Assembly (NCBI GenBank): GCA_012295275.1
Contig: CM022674.1
Location: forward strand, 4,030,001 to 4,094,000
DNA from: Chrysomallon squamiferum
Taxonomy: Eukaryota; Animalia; Mollusca
DNA: 64,000 nt
Direction: 5' to 3'
Below are positions 14,173-35,876 of the stretch, one piece after another. Made by a program: the position numbers and the translations under genes. Each line of letters begins with the position of its first letter. The stretch's first letter is position 1. The notes below the pieces were generated by a model that saw only the letters and a list, made by a program, of their open reading frames with translations, made no database searches and was not told the origin of the DNA.

Positions 14173-14945
14173 TAATAATAATAATAATAGTAATATAAAT
14201 AATAATAATGGTAGTATTGACAATGACAATAATAATGATCTCAAGAACAATAATAAAATAAATAAATACATAATAATAATAAATTTAATTATAATAATAA
14301 ATAAATAAATAAATATAAAGAAGATGAGTAAGAAAGAAAAAAAAATCGTATTAGCACAAACAGAGAAACTCAGCTATTACTTCACAACACAATTAATTCA
14401 TAGTGATACGTGTGGGTTATATATGTGTGTATTTATAGTGTACATGTGTCTATTTATATATAATATTTTTCTCACATGTTTTGCATGTGATTCTTAATGC
14501 CTAGGCCACATATCATATTCAAAGCTACAACGCTTTTTAAAATATCGTCACGTCATTTTGTTTTTCTTCCAACGGTGAATAAAACGATACATATACAAAT
14601 GTGTTGAGTCCTACTCAGTGCTGATTATATAATGTTGACAGTTTGGTGACAGGTTAAAGTTTCAAATTAATTAATATTTTGTTTTCGCTGTCACGAGGAA
14701 AAACAAAAATGTATATGCAGTCTAAATTAGTGTAAAATATGTGAAACGAAAACTAGTTCATTCCCGTTAATGTAAGATTGCAGTACTGTATGGCATGCGT
14801 AAAATGTTATGTGGACAATCATTTGATGAAAATATTTACACATGCATACATACATACACACATACCTACATACATATATAAATACATATGTGTGTGTGTA
14901 TGTATTATCTATGTGTATGATGTGCCTGCTTGTGAGTGTAAGTAT

Positions 14946-15035
<90 letters not shown>

Positions 15036-15253
15036 AGACGCCGCTCTTTCTTAGTCGACTGGTTTTCAGTCTTAAACTGTTTTCCGTATTTTCTCCGCTT
15101 TTCTTTCCCGCCATTTATTTTGTCAGTTATTTTTCGTTTTCATTGAACATTCATAATTTATAAATTTTTTGTTTACAAGCACATACAGGTAGAAATAGCT
15201 TGTATTAACGTGTAATTAAATAAAATGAAATATAGATTTGTTCATTTTTCTTT

Positions 15254-15289
<36 letters not shown>

Positions 15290-16218
15290 TAAATCTGATG
15301 ATGCTTTATAATACTGGCCTTATAATAATAATTATATTAATTACCTTTCTGTTTGATTCATATCATACAAAATACATAACTGTACACCTCTAGATTTAGG
15401 TATAGGTTAAATAAATCATGATTTAATTACAGTGAGAAGGGGCTAAGTCCAAAATGTTATACAGCCTTATCCCGAATTAGCAATAAGGGTCTCCACAGCT
15501 TTCAATATAAATGAAGGCTTCACTGTTAAATTAAAGCTTCATATTCAGCCATCACCCATTTTAATTCACTGGTTATTATTTTCCTACACCTTTTTACACT
15601 TTCGGGCCTCACAGTTTTAAAGCTCTAGCTTATTTTCTGTTTACTGTTTTCCTAAAGGGGGTTCCACAGCTTTTTAAAGCTTTGGGCCTCATTTTTTTAG
15701 AATGAGCCAGGTTATGACTGTTGCACATAATTATCCTCAGTTCAGAATGTAACGGATTCACTCAGTTGCTAATCTTCCTGGAAAAATTGAAATCAGACGC
15801 CTGCTTTCAGCCTAATCCCTCACATATAGCCAGCCGTTCATTAGCGAATATTCCCAGAATAAAACGAAGGACCAATCTTCAGCATGTTTGTAATTATTAG
15901 CTTGCCAATCCAGGCGAATTTTGAAATGATTAAAATCGGTTCCTTAGGAATAGAAATTTGAACAGAATCACAGGAGTACAATGCAGTCGAAAACAATTAT
16001 GTCTAAGAAGCAGCAAGGTAAAATATTTGTTTGGAAGAGAAAGAATAAGATTGACTCGTGATGTATTACAATGACTGGTTTGTTGATTATTTGCTATTTG
16101 TGTCGCTTAGCATGTACGGAAAATCTAATGAATTATATAAATACATGTCAAGCTTGTAATACGCTGTTGTTTGTATTCTACGACTGACTGTGCATGTTTG
16201 CGTGTCTGTCTGTGTGTA

Positions 16219-16298
<80 letters not shown>

Positions 16299-16622
16299 TA
16301 CCACAGTTTATGCGAATGTGTTGATAGATAGAGAAATATTAGAGACATACAGAGGAAAGAATGTATCGACAGATAGAGAAAAAATAGAGACACACAGAGG
16401 AAAGACAGAAGGACAGAACTATTAATATTTAGATATGTAGACAAACAAACTGACTGACTGGTGAACAGACAGAAAGACTGACATACAACTGTGAACGTGA
16501 CTCATGTAAAATGTGTGATAATACTGATAGCATTGCTGATGTTATGATCCTGGTGGTAGTATTAAGGATGATCATAGAAGTAATACAAATCAAAGTAAAT
16601 ACAGTTGCATTTGCTTTTTGTG

Positions 16623-16684
<62 letters not shown>

Positions 16685-18419
16685 TAGTAAAAAACTGATC
16701 CTTTAGTTTCTGTCTGCATGTTTAGTTTGATGCTGAAAATATTTGAAATGGCAACAAAAACAAAAAAAGTATGGTTCTAAAAATAGAATTGTCACCAATA
16801 TTGAACAGCATTACTACTAATAATAATAAAAAATATAATAAAAAAGATAAATAAATATATAATACAAAAGATAAATAAATATATAATACAAATTAAAGAA
16901 CAATGGTGACATTAATCTGACGTCTGCGTCGCTTGTTTTTGGTTCACTGCCAAAAGTGAAAACGAAAGGTGACGTCACCAGACTCAGAGTGGATTAAGGG
17001 CGGATCCAATGACGTGCTACGAATTTACATCTTTCCTGGTCACGATAAAAAACAGTTCTGAAGCAAATATATATATACTTTTTTAATTATTATTATTTTA
17101 TTTTATTTTATTTTAATTATTATTATTTTTATTTTTTTGTGTGTTTCAAAATCATTATCTCTCTCATTTCATTTTCTTTTCCGGTAACGTTTACAAAATG
17201 TCGTCTGCTTTGTAAAACGATATGATTCAGTTTTTTAATACATATATACATATATTTATATACATACATTTATATACATACATTATTTATAAATTATTTA
17301 TTTCTAATTACTGCTGCTGACGCTGTTGCTGTTGCTGTTGTTGTTGCTGTTGCTGTTGTTATAATCAAAGCGGCATAAAATATACTGGAATACACATGTA
17401 TTATATTAATTCTGTCCACCATTATATCTTGAGGATATAATCGAGATAAAATGCAAACATAATTAAAAATTTAAGCTGACACTACGGGGGAAAAAAAAAA
17501 AATATGTAGGTCACAAGTTTGTATAAACATTAAGTGTCCCGTCTCTAAATCATTTACACCAATACAAAATCGGGCAGATTACAGCCTGGGGTATGACTCA
17601 GCAGGATAATTCAATACAGTGACCTTGAGGTCGTTAATGTTATGAAGTGCAACCTTAATCCTGACCAGTGAACTTTTTTGCTTTTATTTATTTATTTATT
17701 TATTTATTTTTGTTTATTTGTATTTATTTTAGAAATTTGCGCAGATTTGTCTATGATTTGGGTGGTAACTATATCTGTGACACACAGAGAGGAGCTGATA
17801 ATAATGCATGTTACTTAAGTAAGTAAATAAATAAATAAACAAATAAATAAATAAATAAATAATGATAATATAACAATAACAACAACAACAATAGCAATAA
17901 TAAAAAAATAATAATAATACTAATAACTAAACAAATAATGACGATATAACAACAGCAACAGCTATAATAAAAATAATAAATAAATAAATAAATAAATAAA
18001 TAAATGAACAAAGGAATATATGAATAAAGCCCTATGCTGTGGGTGTTATTTAATGCTTTAAAGCGTTCACGACAAAAATAAATTATAATTTGAATATTAA
18101 TAACAAACCAAAACTATGGTTTCGTCAAACAACAGAAAAAACCTCACATTTTTACAACCTTTATATATATATATATATGAAAGTCATATCTTTCCTATTA
18201 TTGCTCCGTAATAATGTATAAATAATTTCGTTGAATACAGTTAATGTATAGCGACTTGCTCGTTTGAAATGAGAATTTACAGACACTGAATAAGAAAGGA
18301 AATATTTTTCTTCTGTTTGCTTCTGAAAAGACCCGGATTTGGCGTCATTCCATAACTCTTTTTTCACCCGATACCGAAACAACACCGACACGAAAATAAT
18401 TATGTATTATTATTATTCC

Positions 18420-18459
<40 letters not shown>

Positions 18460-18876
18460 GCTTGTTTTTGTTTTTATTTTTTTATTATTATTTTTCGTAT
18501 TTATTTACTTATTTAATTTTTCATTATTTTTCCCGGGGGACGCAGTTCCTTTAATTACCAAACGGGTAATCGAACGATCATTATAGTTTCTAAAAATAGC
18601 TGACCTCTGTGTCGCTACTGGCAACGTTGCACTTTATTTATCAGTGTGACATTTACCTGCAACATACTCTCGCTCGTAAAGTGCAGAATACAAATGCACC
18701 AGGCATCTGTTTTTCTTTTCTCTTTCTTCGACTTCTTCGTGTTTTCTTTTTAATTTCTTTTTACTTTTTTTTTTTTTTTTTTCGGTTTCTTTTCACTTGC
18801 AGATAGATCTGCATTTCAGATGAAATAACTATAGTTGCATGCATAGTCTATGTTTCAGGAAATATAATAATAATAA

Positions 18877-18907
<31 letters not shown>

Positions 18908-19256
18908 AAGAAGAAGAAGAAGAAAAAGAAATTGATGATGAAGAAATATTAATAAGAATAATGATAAGGATAACAATAATAAAAATAGCAACATCATCGA
19001 TAACAGCAATAATAATAATTAAAAAAATAATAACAACAATTAGTAATAATAATAATAATAATCATATTGTTATTATTACTATCATCATCATCATCATCAT
19101 CATTATTATATTATTATTACTACTACTACTACTATTGTTGTTGTTGTTGTTGCTGTTGCTGGTGATGTTGCTGCCATTACCTGTATTGCGAAAAAAATTT
19201 TAAGTCCTAGAGAAAATATAAAATGATTAAATATTGACTGTAATGTCACCCACGCA

Positions 19257-19325
<69 letters not shown>

Positions 19326-19723
19326 ATACTCACAAACACACACTTACACTAACGGAGACAAATATTTAATGTCTATGTTTTTTTTGGGGGGGGGTTGTCT
19401 GTGTGTGCATGTTTGTGTATGTGTATCACATAGACATACATACATACATACATACATACATACATTAGACATTAGAATAACACGTAAGTACTAAAGAATG
19501 CGTTGCCAGTTTTAGCTGCACTTAGTTGAATACTCTCATAACTGACTATGATTTATTCGTTATGGCATATACAGACTCGCTACACTGTTTACTTCAAGCT
19601 GTGGTAATGACGTAAACATATTGAAATCGATCATCTACATATATTATACATATTACGAGCAGTAAAAATTAATTGTGTAGGTATATATATATATATATAC
19701 CTACACAATTAATTTTTTTACTG

Positions 19724-19771
<48 letters not shown>

Positions 19772-19825
19772 TTTTAGATAGATATATATTTATATAATAA
19801 ATTTAAAACTTTTTATTGATCATTG

Positions 19826-19861
<36 letters not shown>

Positions 19862-19938
19862 GTGAGCTTGTAATAATATATGTAATTTAGATGTGTGTGT
19901 ATATATATACATATAGATATACATATACATACACATAC

Positions 19939-19972
<34 letters not shown>

Positions 19973-20018
19973 TAAATCTTGACTGTAATATTTTTATATA
20001 TGTTGAGTGTGTGTGTGT

Positions 20019-20069
<51 letters not shown>

Positions 20070-22299
20070 AACGGTTTCTAGAAAGCTAAGATTTTGCGGA
20101 TTTTGTTATAATATTTTAAAACCGGAAGCGTCTGCAATATCTTGTCTATGGATTTTATTTTCGTGACCAGGAGGTAATAAGCAGGTTTTTTAATGTCCGT
20201 GCTGCTTTTCCGGGATAATGTGAAAACGAGGCTATGATGAATACGGAAAATTTTAATTTTAAGTCTTAGCGGAAAAGAAAATGGCGTCAGTCCTTGTTAA
20301 TATTTATTTTGTTTAATATTTTATTTTTTATTTATTTTCTTGTTTTATTTTAAATATTTATTTTATTTTTCTTTTATTTCTTTTTTTTAATTATTATTTT
20401 TCCATTAACATTTTCGTTTTTTTTCGTTTCTTTTTTTTTTATTTTTTTTTTTATTTTGTTTTTTTGTTGTTAGATAAATTTATTACTCTTTTTTGTATCT
20501 CTGGCAACAGCTGTAATTGGCATAGTCATGAAATATTTCTTTTTAAGTCAAAATCTTTAATAAAATAAACTATTTCCATAAATGAGCAAATATCTTGCAA
20601 AAACATGGAGGCTGACATTTTCTCCCAATTTCGAGACGTCACTATTTAGACACTTTAAGTTGTTGTGTTGCTGTTGCCGTTGCTGTTGTTACTGTAGTTT
20701 ATGAGATCGTTTTCATAATTTGCAATGATATTGTTGAAGACACTGTCGCTGCTTTTATTATTACAATTCCATTTCATTAATTTTATTTTTATTTGGTTTT
20801 GTTTTAGTTGTCTCAAGTGTGAATGTTGTCATACACCGATCACTAGCGTGATGTCGTTCGAACAAGCCCTATCAGCCGTTGTTACACGAACTTGTCACTC
20901 GTGTTACATAAACACAGTAACATCTGTTCCATTTGGTTACGTATCCAGCACATCTGTGCACTGAGCATCCTTGCCATCTGATACGTTTAACGAATAAAAT
21001 TACAACGCGCAGCTTATTCATCAAAAAAGAAAAAGAAAAGAAACAAGAAGAAAGTTACAGTGATACATTCCACTCTCATCGAACCTAAATATTGTATTAA
21101 CAGCCACGATTTGAGACAGAAATCCGGATATCTACACCATATGGGTTATTCTCAACGGTTAGCAATAAAGGATCTTTTTCAAACACCTTCTCATACACAG
21201 AAATATACATACCGAAGATTTTGATCAATCTGTAACGGGTTCTTTGAAAATATTTATGCACGTTATTTATTTGAATCATTCATGACAGATAAACGGTTAT
21301 GTTTCTTCTATAGAATCATTCGAAAATACTCTATAAAAACGCATACATCACTCAGTGATCTATGTAACAATATTAATGAGCTGTGAATCTAAGCACATGT
21401 TGTTTAGTATATGTATTACACTGACCAGTGTCTTAATACGCATTATATTATTGGACCTCTCTATCGACATACATATAAGACAGTGACCTGTGGATGATTA
21501 TACGTATTGAATAGTGACGTCTGTAAACCTATAAACATGATATTGTTATCTGTGTATGATAGAGTACGTATCATATTTTGACCTCTACATTGCAGTATGT
21601 ATCGTAAAATGTCCTCCGTATATAATATGTATCATATTGTTACATCATTATCGCAATACTCATTATAGTATATCTGATGGGCAATATGTATCCTTAATGA
21701 CAGTAATCATGTAACGACCTCTGTATTTCAAAATATGCCACATTTGACCTCGATGTCTCAGTATGAGACCCAGTGCGACCCCTGAATTTCAAAATATATC
21801 ACATCGTGACCTTTCAACTAGTGTATGTCGACGTTTCTATCCTAAATCATATCCTGCTTTGATTGCTGTACATGTAATACAGTGATTTTCATTGACGTCA
21901 CTGTCACATGGTGATTTCTCTATATTAGGTATGGTCGTGCGACCTCTTGTACCGTGATACAAAACTTTCTATGATCCGTGCATGAAGACATTATTCTTAT
22001 TTTACTTTCGTACCCGGGTATTACGATCTGTATCGTATCTCATGATACTTCAGATTTACAAGCCATGTTTTTTTTTTAGTGTTTTTTTTTACGACACCGT
22101 GATTTTGTTCTGCCCTGGTAATAAATACCTGTACACTTTTTATACGCCTAAATGTTTATCTCTCCAAATAACTAAGTACTTGTGTTGGACTATAACCACG
22201 TTATCTGTTTGTTTAGTGCGTCAACACGTGATAAACAAAGTCGAGATAAATCAGATATATGTTTGTAACGATAAAAGAAATAAAAATTAAAATAAAGGG

Positions 22300-22383
<84 letters not shown>

Positions 22384-22754
22384 GGAAAACTAGGGAGAAG
22401 AATAAATATAGAAACATATTAAAAGAAAATTAATATATATTATAAATGAATAATAAAAAAAATCGAATGGTTAAAAAAATAATAATAAACGTAAAAATAA
22501 AAATATGTGTGTGTGTGTATGTATGTGTATATATATTCATACATACATACATACGATAAAATAAAATATTTAAGGCGAAACAGAAACATTTCGAAAAAGA
22601 AAACGACGTTAAAATAATAACAATAATAATAAAAAAAGATAAAAAAAAAAGAAAACAGAGCTAAAAATTTAGCAAACTTTTCCTCCAACGTCGTCAACCA
22701 ATGTGACAAAAAAGACGAACACTTACCGTTGTCGTTGCCGTATCCCCAACTCAT
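9049..22754 (-). CDS. Alpha-carbonic anhydrase copy C, cytosolic type, 7 exons, 258 aa
   Basis: Exons 22754-22727, 11904-11710, 11414-11296, 10978-10883, 10309-10195, 9955-9846, 9162-9049 total 777 nt, all GT-AG and in frame. Motifs MSWGY, QSPIDI, QFHFHWG (His94/96), GSEH, ELHLVHWN (His119), [18 protein letters not shown]. No signal peptide; intron 1 is ~10.8 kb. Confidence 0.93.
12750..12860 (+). repeat. ~110-bp direct repeat (second copy ~18440-18555) in CA-C intron 1
   Basis: Both copies share TTATTATTATTTTTCGTATTTATTTACTTATTTAATT...TTTTCC(C)GGG(T/G)GACGCAGTTCCTTTAATT. Confidence 0.75.
13813..13841 (+). promoter_or_regulatory. Candidate enhancer: DR1 nuclear-receptor element plus CRE
   Basis: AGGTTA-A-AGGTCA at 13813-13825 followed by TGACGTCA at 13834-13841. 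Motif match only. Confidence 0.3.
16968..17050. promoter_or_regulatory. Promoter-like motif cluster inside CA-C intron 1
   Basis: GGTGACGTCACC palindrome (CRE), GGGCGG and CCAAT-GACGTG within ~50 bp in otherwise AT-rich DNA. Motif match only. Confidence 0.3.
21345..21950 (-). repeat. Degenerate ~30-bp tandem array with AGGTCA core (copy 1, CA-C intron 1)
   Basis: Recurrent TGACCT-like cores on the + strand at ~30-bp spacing; reverse complement of 3990-4545. Confidence 0.7.
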
Positions 22755-22859
22755 TGTTCCACAACAACTACAACACCGACGTTCTAACCGCTGCTTGGGT
22801 CACGTTTTAACGCGTTGAAATACCAGCGTTAGGTTTACAATTGAGCTAACATTGCAATA

Positions 22860-22869
22860 GTCACGTGAC
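22860..22869. promoter_or_regulatory. Palindromic E-box GTCACGTGAC (USF/MiT-TFE CLEAR-type) upstream of CA-C
   Basis: Perfect 10-bp palindrome ~105 bp upstream of the CA-C ATG, next to ATTGCAAT. Confidence 0.35.
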
Positions 22870-23169
22870 CGCGGCAATGCATAACTTGGGAAACAGCTGT
22901 GCACTATAACAGAGGTGGTTGTAATAAGGAGATGCACCGAATATTATAATAATACCAAAGTCGATTTAGTAAGTTAAAAAAAAAAAATATATATATATGC
23001 ATTACTTCACTATTACTGCTACTACTACTATTGTTGTTGGTGGTGTTGGTGTTGGTGTTGGTGTTGGTATTGTTATTATTATTGTTATTAAGATTGTTAT
23101 TGCTGTTTTCTTCTTGTTGTTGTTTACTGTTGTCGTAGTTGATATTGTTATGTTCTCGTTGTTGATACA

Positions 23170-23234
<65 letters not shown>

Positions 23235-23291
23235 AGTAATAAAAATCCGGATTAGTCCCAGCCTGTGCATATGATAGAAAAAGAAGTGATT

Positions 23292-23323
<32 letters not shown>

Positions 23324-23485
23324 GTGGGTTTTTTTTCTCTATAACCCGCCAGTATGAATTTTAAAACACGATTATATATGAATAACAATTTACAATAGAA
23401 GCAATAAACCTATCATTCACATAATGATCTCTGGTGGTTACTGTATAAAAAGATAAGTTGTGTTTTGTATTATAACTAAATATGA

Positions 23486-23570
<85 letters not shown>

Positions 23571-23571
23571 C

Positions 23572-23657
<86 letters not shown>

Positions 23658-23998
23658 AAAACAAATAAAAGTACATTCCTCTAACACGCATATTCATATA
23701 CTCATACACACACGTATATACATAAACATGCTTAAAAAAAGGAGAAAGGTAGATAGATACATAGACACTTATATAATTTTTTTTTAAAACAAATTAAATA
23801 CATTTTTAAAAAAGTGAAATAGTTCATATTTATATCTAATAACATTAGCTGATTTTTCTAATAATAACTTAATAATCTTATTCAAAAAGTTCTGTTCATT
23901 TATATACGCTGTGTCTTATAAAATATTTAATGTGTTTAAATAAATATGTTTTTAAACATAATTGATTAATTGAGTAATGTTATAAGAACAAAAAAAAA

Positions 23999-24058
<60 letters not shown>

Positions 24059-25090
24059 TTTATTTTACCATCATCATCATCTTTATCATTATTCACTTGC
24101 TTAATTACTTGCTAGCTTTCTTGGTTGACTGCTTGTTTTCTGTTCTCATGTCAATAGATATAAAATTAATCCATGGATGAAAAGATACGGAACATTAAGA
24201 AAGCTAAAGCAGCCGTATAATTAGTTGTATTCGATTTTTAAAATTTTAGTACTCATACCATGGTTCGATTCCATTAAAATTTCCGACTTAGTGATTTTAA
24301 CTGGAAATTGAATATGAAGGAATTGTCTCCCTTTAATTTGCCAGACAGTTATTTTAGATTTATATATTTAATGTAGTGGCAGCTGTTTTTCAGTTCTGAG
24401 TGGATGTAAGTCTGTATAGCGAATATTTATTTACTCATAATCCTTAATATCAGGTTTATTTATGTATTTACTTATACAGACTATTTATTTAATTACTTGG
24501 GGTTTTTTTATGTTTGTTTGCATGCTTATTTATGATTATTTTTCTTCATATGGACATTTAATTTTTTATTATTTCTTTGTTTTTAATGTTTGATTGTTTT
24601 TTTATTTGTATGTTCAGATAGTAAATCCTTAATAAAAGGCGTTAAATTTAAGTTCTGTGGAATGGACGAAATAGCTAGGGATACATACTTTGGAGCGCTG
24701 TAGTCACGGGTTTTAAATCCGTGACCTTAAATATTGCAAAAATGCAGTATTGTTGATTGTAACGACGAACAGGGTTTAATTTTAAGGTAGGCGAAAACAA
24801 AACGTAACAGTGAAAACAGTTCTTGTTGATGATATTTGCAGGTAAAACGTACATGAAGTTAAAAATGTACTTTATCTACGTGTGTTTTTGCTGAGATTAG
24901 CTTATTTTTAATTATTGCGTAATTTAAACGAAGAACTCGATTGAAGTATCAATAAAAGAGATTTATAGGCTGCTGCATGATTTAAAAGAACAATAAATGT
25001 CTGTCTAGCATAACTGCCATGATTTAGGGTAATTTTATATGTGAATACGGTAACATATTAGTTTTTCTTTTTTTATTATTTTCAAAATTT

Positions 25091-25543
25091 ATTCAGCAGT
25101 CTCAGATTTTTATGAAACTTGGTATGTTTGTTGATTTGGATCCCACAGCACCAAATTTTTTAGGCCAATCAGACCAGTGGATTGGGATATATGGATCCCG
25201 AATTGTGAGATTTTTGGCCAAAATGGGCGTGACCACCAACCCTTGAACCCTCATATCTCAGGAACTACTGAGCCAATCTTCATAAAATTGATATTGTTCA
25301 AAAAGGCAATATTACAGGGTTTTCATTATTGTTCGTGACCTTTAGATAATCTTTCTTGAAATTTAATCTCCCACATGTTAACTAAAACATATAAAAATTT
25401 CAGAGGTGTCAAGCCCATTTTGGCCAAAACTCTAAAAATTCGGATTTGGTGCTGTGGGATCGCAGTCAATAAGTATACCAAGTTTCATAAAAATCTGAGA
25501 CAGTTAGGTTTAACCCATTGAGTGATTTGACACGGAATGACCC
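25091..25543. mobile_element. Non-autonomous DNA-transposon/foldback-type insertion (family unassigned)
   Basis: ~60-bp inverted arms (TCTCAGATTTTTATGAAACTTGGTAT...GATCCCACAGCACCAAAT at ~25100-25158 vs reverse complement at ~25444-25500); the right end GATTTGACACGGAATGACCC looks like a TIR. Absent from the paralogous site at ~3740-3755. Confidence 0.7.
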
Positions 25544-25601
<58 letters not shown>

Positions 25602-26094
25602 CAACAACAATAAATAAATAACTAAATAAATAATAAAAATGGAGGCTAAAAACTAGTTAACGGTTATTAGCTGTCACATTAATTTTGTAATTGGAACAAA
25701 ATATCGACAACAAAACCTCTACAGTTTTTCGTGACATTTTGATCAGTTTAATACTAAATGAAGTTTTAACTGTTTGTAGTTTATAAAGCGCGTTCCTCCC
25801 GTTCACCCCCATCCACCCACATCCACATACAAACACAAAATAAATTCACTGTCAGTAATTATAAAACCAAAGGAGAATCGGGGACACAAAATCCAGGAAC
25901 GTTCACCTTTTGGCACAAAATAATTGTAGGTCAAGGGGAGAGAAATCTATTGAAACTATTAGATATATAATGTTAGTAGTCTGTATACGTCTGTACTGGT
26001 AAATGGATAAGTAAAAGTGTCAAAGGTTAAAATAATATTGTACACTGATAAAACATATTTTGTTTTGTTGGTCACTTTTGCTTCCCATTTCTCT

Positions 26095-26127
<33 letters not shown>

Positions 26128-26240
26128 TAATATGGCTCGTATGCTGGTATACTGGTATTTCTCATCTATTATATATTTTTTTCAGTTTTAATAAATAATA
26201 ATCACAATGTTACAATCGTCATCATCATCACTAATTACTC

Positions 26241-26315
<75 letters not shown>

Positions 26316-27171
26316 TTCTTATTGTTGTTGTAGTTGATGTTATTACCTTGAACTCAACAATCATCTATAAACTGAATAATCTTTTTAAGTCCGTGACCTT
26401 AAGTTTGTGACTAAGAATATACAGGAGATAATTATCCAACGAACTTAGGCCAGGATCAGTCACAAGACAAGACAGGTATGAATTAATGAATATTTTTATT
26501 TTTATTTAAAAAGAAATATGGAAAAAGAAAACATCTATTAAAATATATTTTTCATGAACAGCAAGTAAATTGTAATCTAATTTTAAAAAGATACATGAAT
26601 CTGTGACAGTGTGTGTATTCTTGTCTGTATGTATGTATATAGGTGTGTATATGGTTTTCTCAATATTTTATATATATATATATATATTACACACACATGA
26701 CTATATATGTATATATGTGTCTTTATTTTTGTGTTTCTATATGCAGAAATCCATACACCCATAAAATTTTATTTTTTGAAGCTGTTTTATTTCTTTTATT
26801 TCTTTATTTATTATAAATAAAGAAATGAAGAAAAAAAATGAAAATGATAATAAAACACATCACAATAAGTTAAATTTATTACTGTAGATTAGATTTCAGT
26901 AAAAATAAATCAAGAAAATAGCAGTGTTCTAAAATAGTTAGACCATTATAATATACAATTCACATTTAATATTAATTAATTATTCATTCATTCATTCATT
27001 CATTCATTCCAGGTTCTTTCAGACAAACTATTAGATGATTAGTATGTATCATCCATATTAAACATTAAACTTCTATTTTATCATTTAACGAATCATTTAT
27101 TTATTTATTTATTTATTTATTTATTTTATTTTATTTGCTTATTCATTGATTCTAGGTTCTTTCATGCAAAC

Positions 27172-34121
<6,950 letters not shown>

Positions 34122-34399
34122 AGCAAGGAAAAACAGTTCTCCAGATTACATTTGAACGACTAATATAAATCTTGTTTTTGTCTTACTGTATATTTTTTTT
34201 GCATTTTGAATTTTTTAAGATTGGGATATGTGCTTACCTGAGTTTATTTTTAGGTATGAAAATGACTAACATGTTTGGGATTAATTTATGTAGATTTATT
34301 GCCATAACAAATTGGAATGGGTGTTTTTTTTGTTTTGTTGAGGTTTTTAAATTTTTATAATTATGACATATCAAAACAGTGTGATGAATGTTACTAACA

Positions 34400-35095
34400 T
34401 TTGTGCAAATCACAAGTGATTTTTTTTTTGTAATTTTACCACAGAAATATGTGTATAATGTATTTTACCAGGTAATATTCTAGTTGTATGTAATTATATT
34501 AAATGAAATCTGTGTGTTCTCATCTGATTAACATGTGGAATTTTGCCAGTGATTTGTGGAATTTTACCAAGACATCCTTTTTGGGTGATGTTACCATAAA
34601 TGTTTGTTTTTGTGAAATTTTACCACAGAAATTATTTAAATTTACCACACATTTGTGTTATATTACCAAACAGATTTGTTTAATTTTTTACCGGTGCAGT
34701 TTTACCAGTGATGTTTGCAATTTACCAGAGAGATTCAAGTAATTTTAAAAATAAATTTAGGAACTGGACTGTGAATGTGATACTTGCAAAGTCATATTAA
34801 ATGGACCATATATCTGACACAAAACAAATATTTAATTTTATCCAAGGTATTATTACTGTTTGTATATTTAGCACTAGGTTTTTCTACAAAGAGGTTACTG
34901 TTTTTTTCAACACAAAAATATAACTACACAGAAGTCATCCAGATAGAAGTATGCTTTTTACTAAGGTCTGTACATGTTTTCGTACTATTGTGGAATATTT
35001 GCAGACGAACTGTGGAATTTTTGCACAGATTTGTGGAAACGTTACCAGCTGAATAGCAGAATTTTTGCAAACTTTTGTGAATTTTTGCAATTTTT
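34400..35095 (+). repeat. Degenerate ~21-22-bp minisatellite in the CYP4 3' region
   Basis: Repeated TTTTACCA(C/G)nGATTTGTGGAA-like units at ~34430-34740 and ~34990-35090. Confidence 0.6.
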
Positions 35096-35623
35096 TTTTT
35101 TTTTTTTTAATTAATTTTGACATTGACATTTTTACATTTTTTCAAGACCAGATTTGTTTTATTTTGTAAAATGAATTGTGTATTTTTTCAAAAGTTCTTT
35201 TGTACCCACTTTCTCTAAAATTAATTGTTTAATTTTAACAAAAAATGTATTTTATACATTTGCCAAAGATAGCACAGATTTATTACAACATATTCTTAAA
35301 TTTTAGTAGTCTTTATACTTACTCAAGCGAAATATTTTATTTAATATATTCCAATGTATATTAATTAGTATGTTTTGGTTACTTTTTACGTTATTCATCT
35401 TATAAAAAAAAGAATGCATCGAAAGCATTTTAACATATTTTTTTATTTATATATATGATATAACAAAACTAACTTGTTAATTATTGTAAATAAAAACCAT
35501 TTGAAATTCTGTTGTTTGATATTAATTTAAACCATTTTCCTACCAGTAACTCTAATATTAATTCATAAATGTGTACATAAATGTAAGTACATGCATGTGA
35601 ACAAAATGCTGCATTTATGTATG

Positions 35624-35720
<97 letters not shown>

Positions 35721-35876
35721 GAGAGAGAGACTCTAGACTCGGTGTATTCTCTCCTAACAAAATATTTTTATTCTACAAGTGTATAATACATTTTTAATTT
35801 TCCACATCATTCCAAGTGATATTTTTCTCATCGTGTTGGATATTCGACGAAATTCCTCAAATCACCGTAGTTCTTG

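Noticed and set aside
15375-16020. Possible DNA-transposon remnant with short internal repeats (GGGCCTCA, CCACAGCTTT)
   Set aside because: No TIR pair, TSD or coding remnant could be established by eye.
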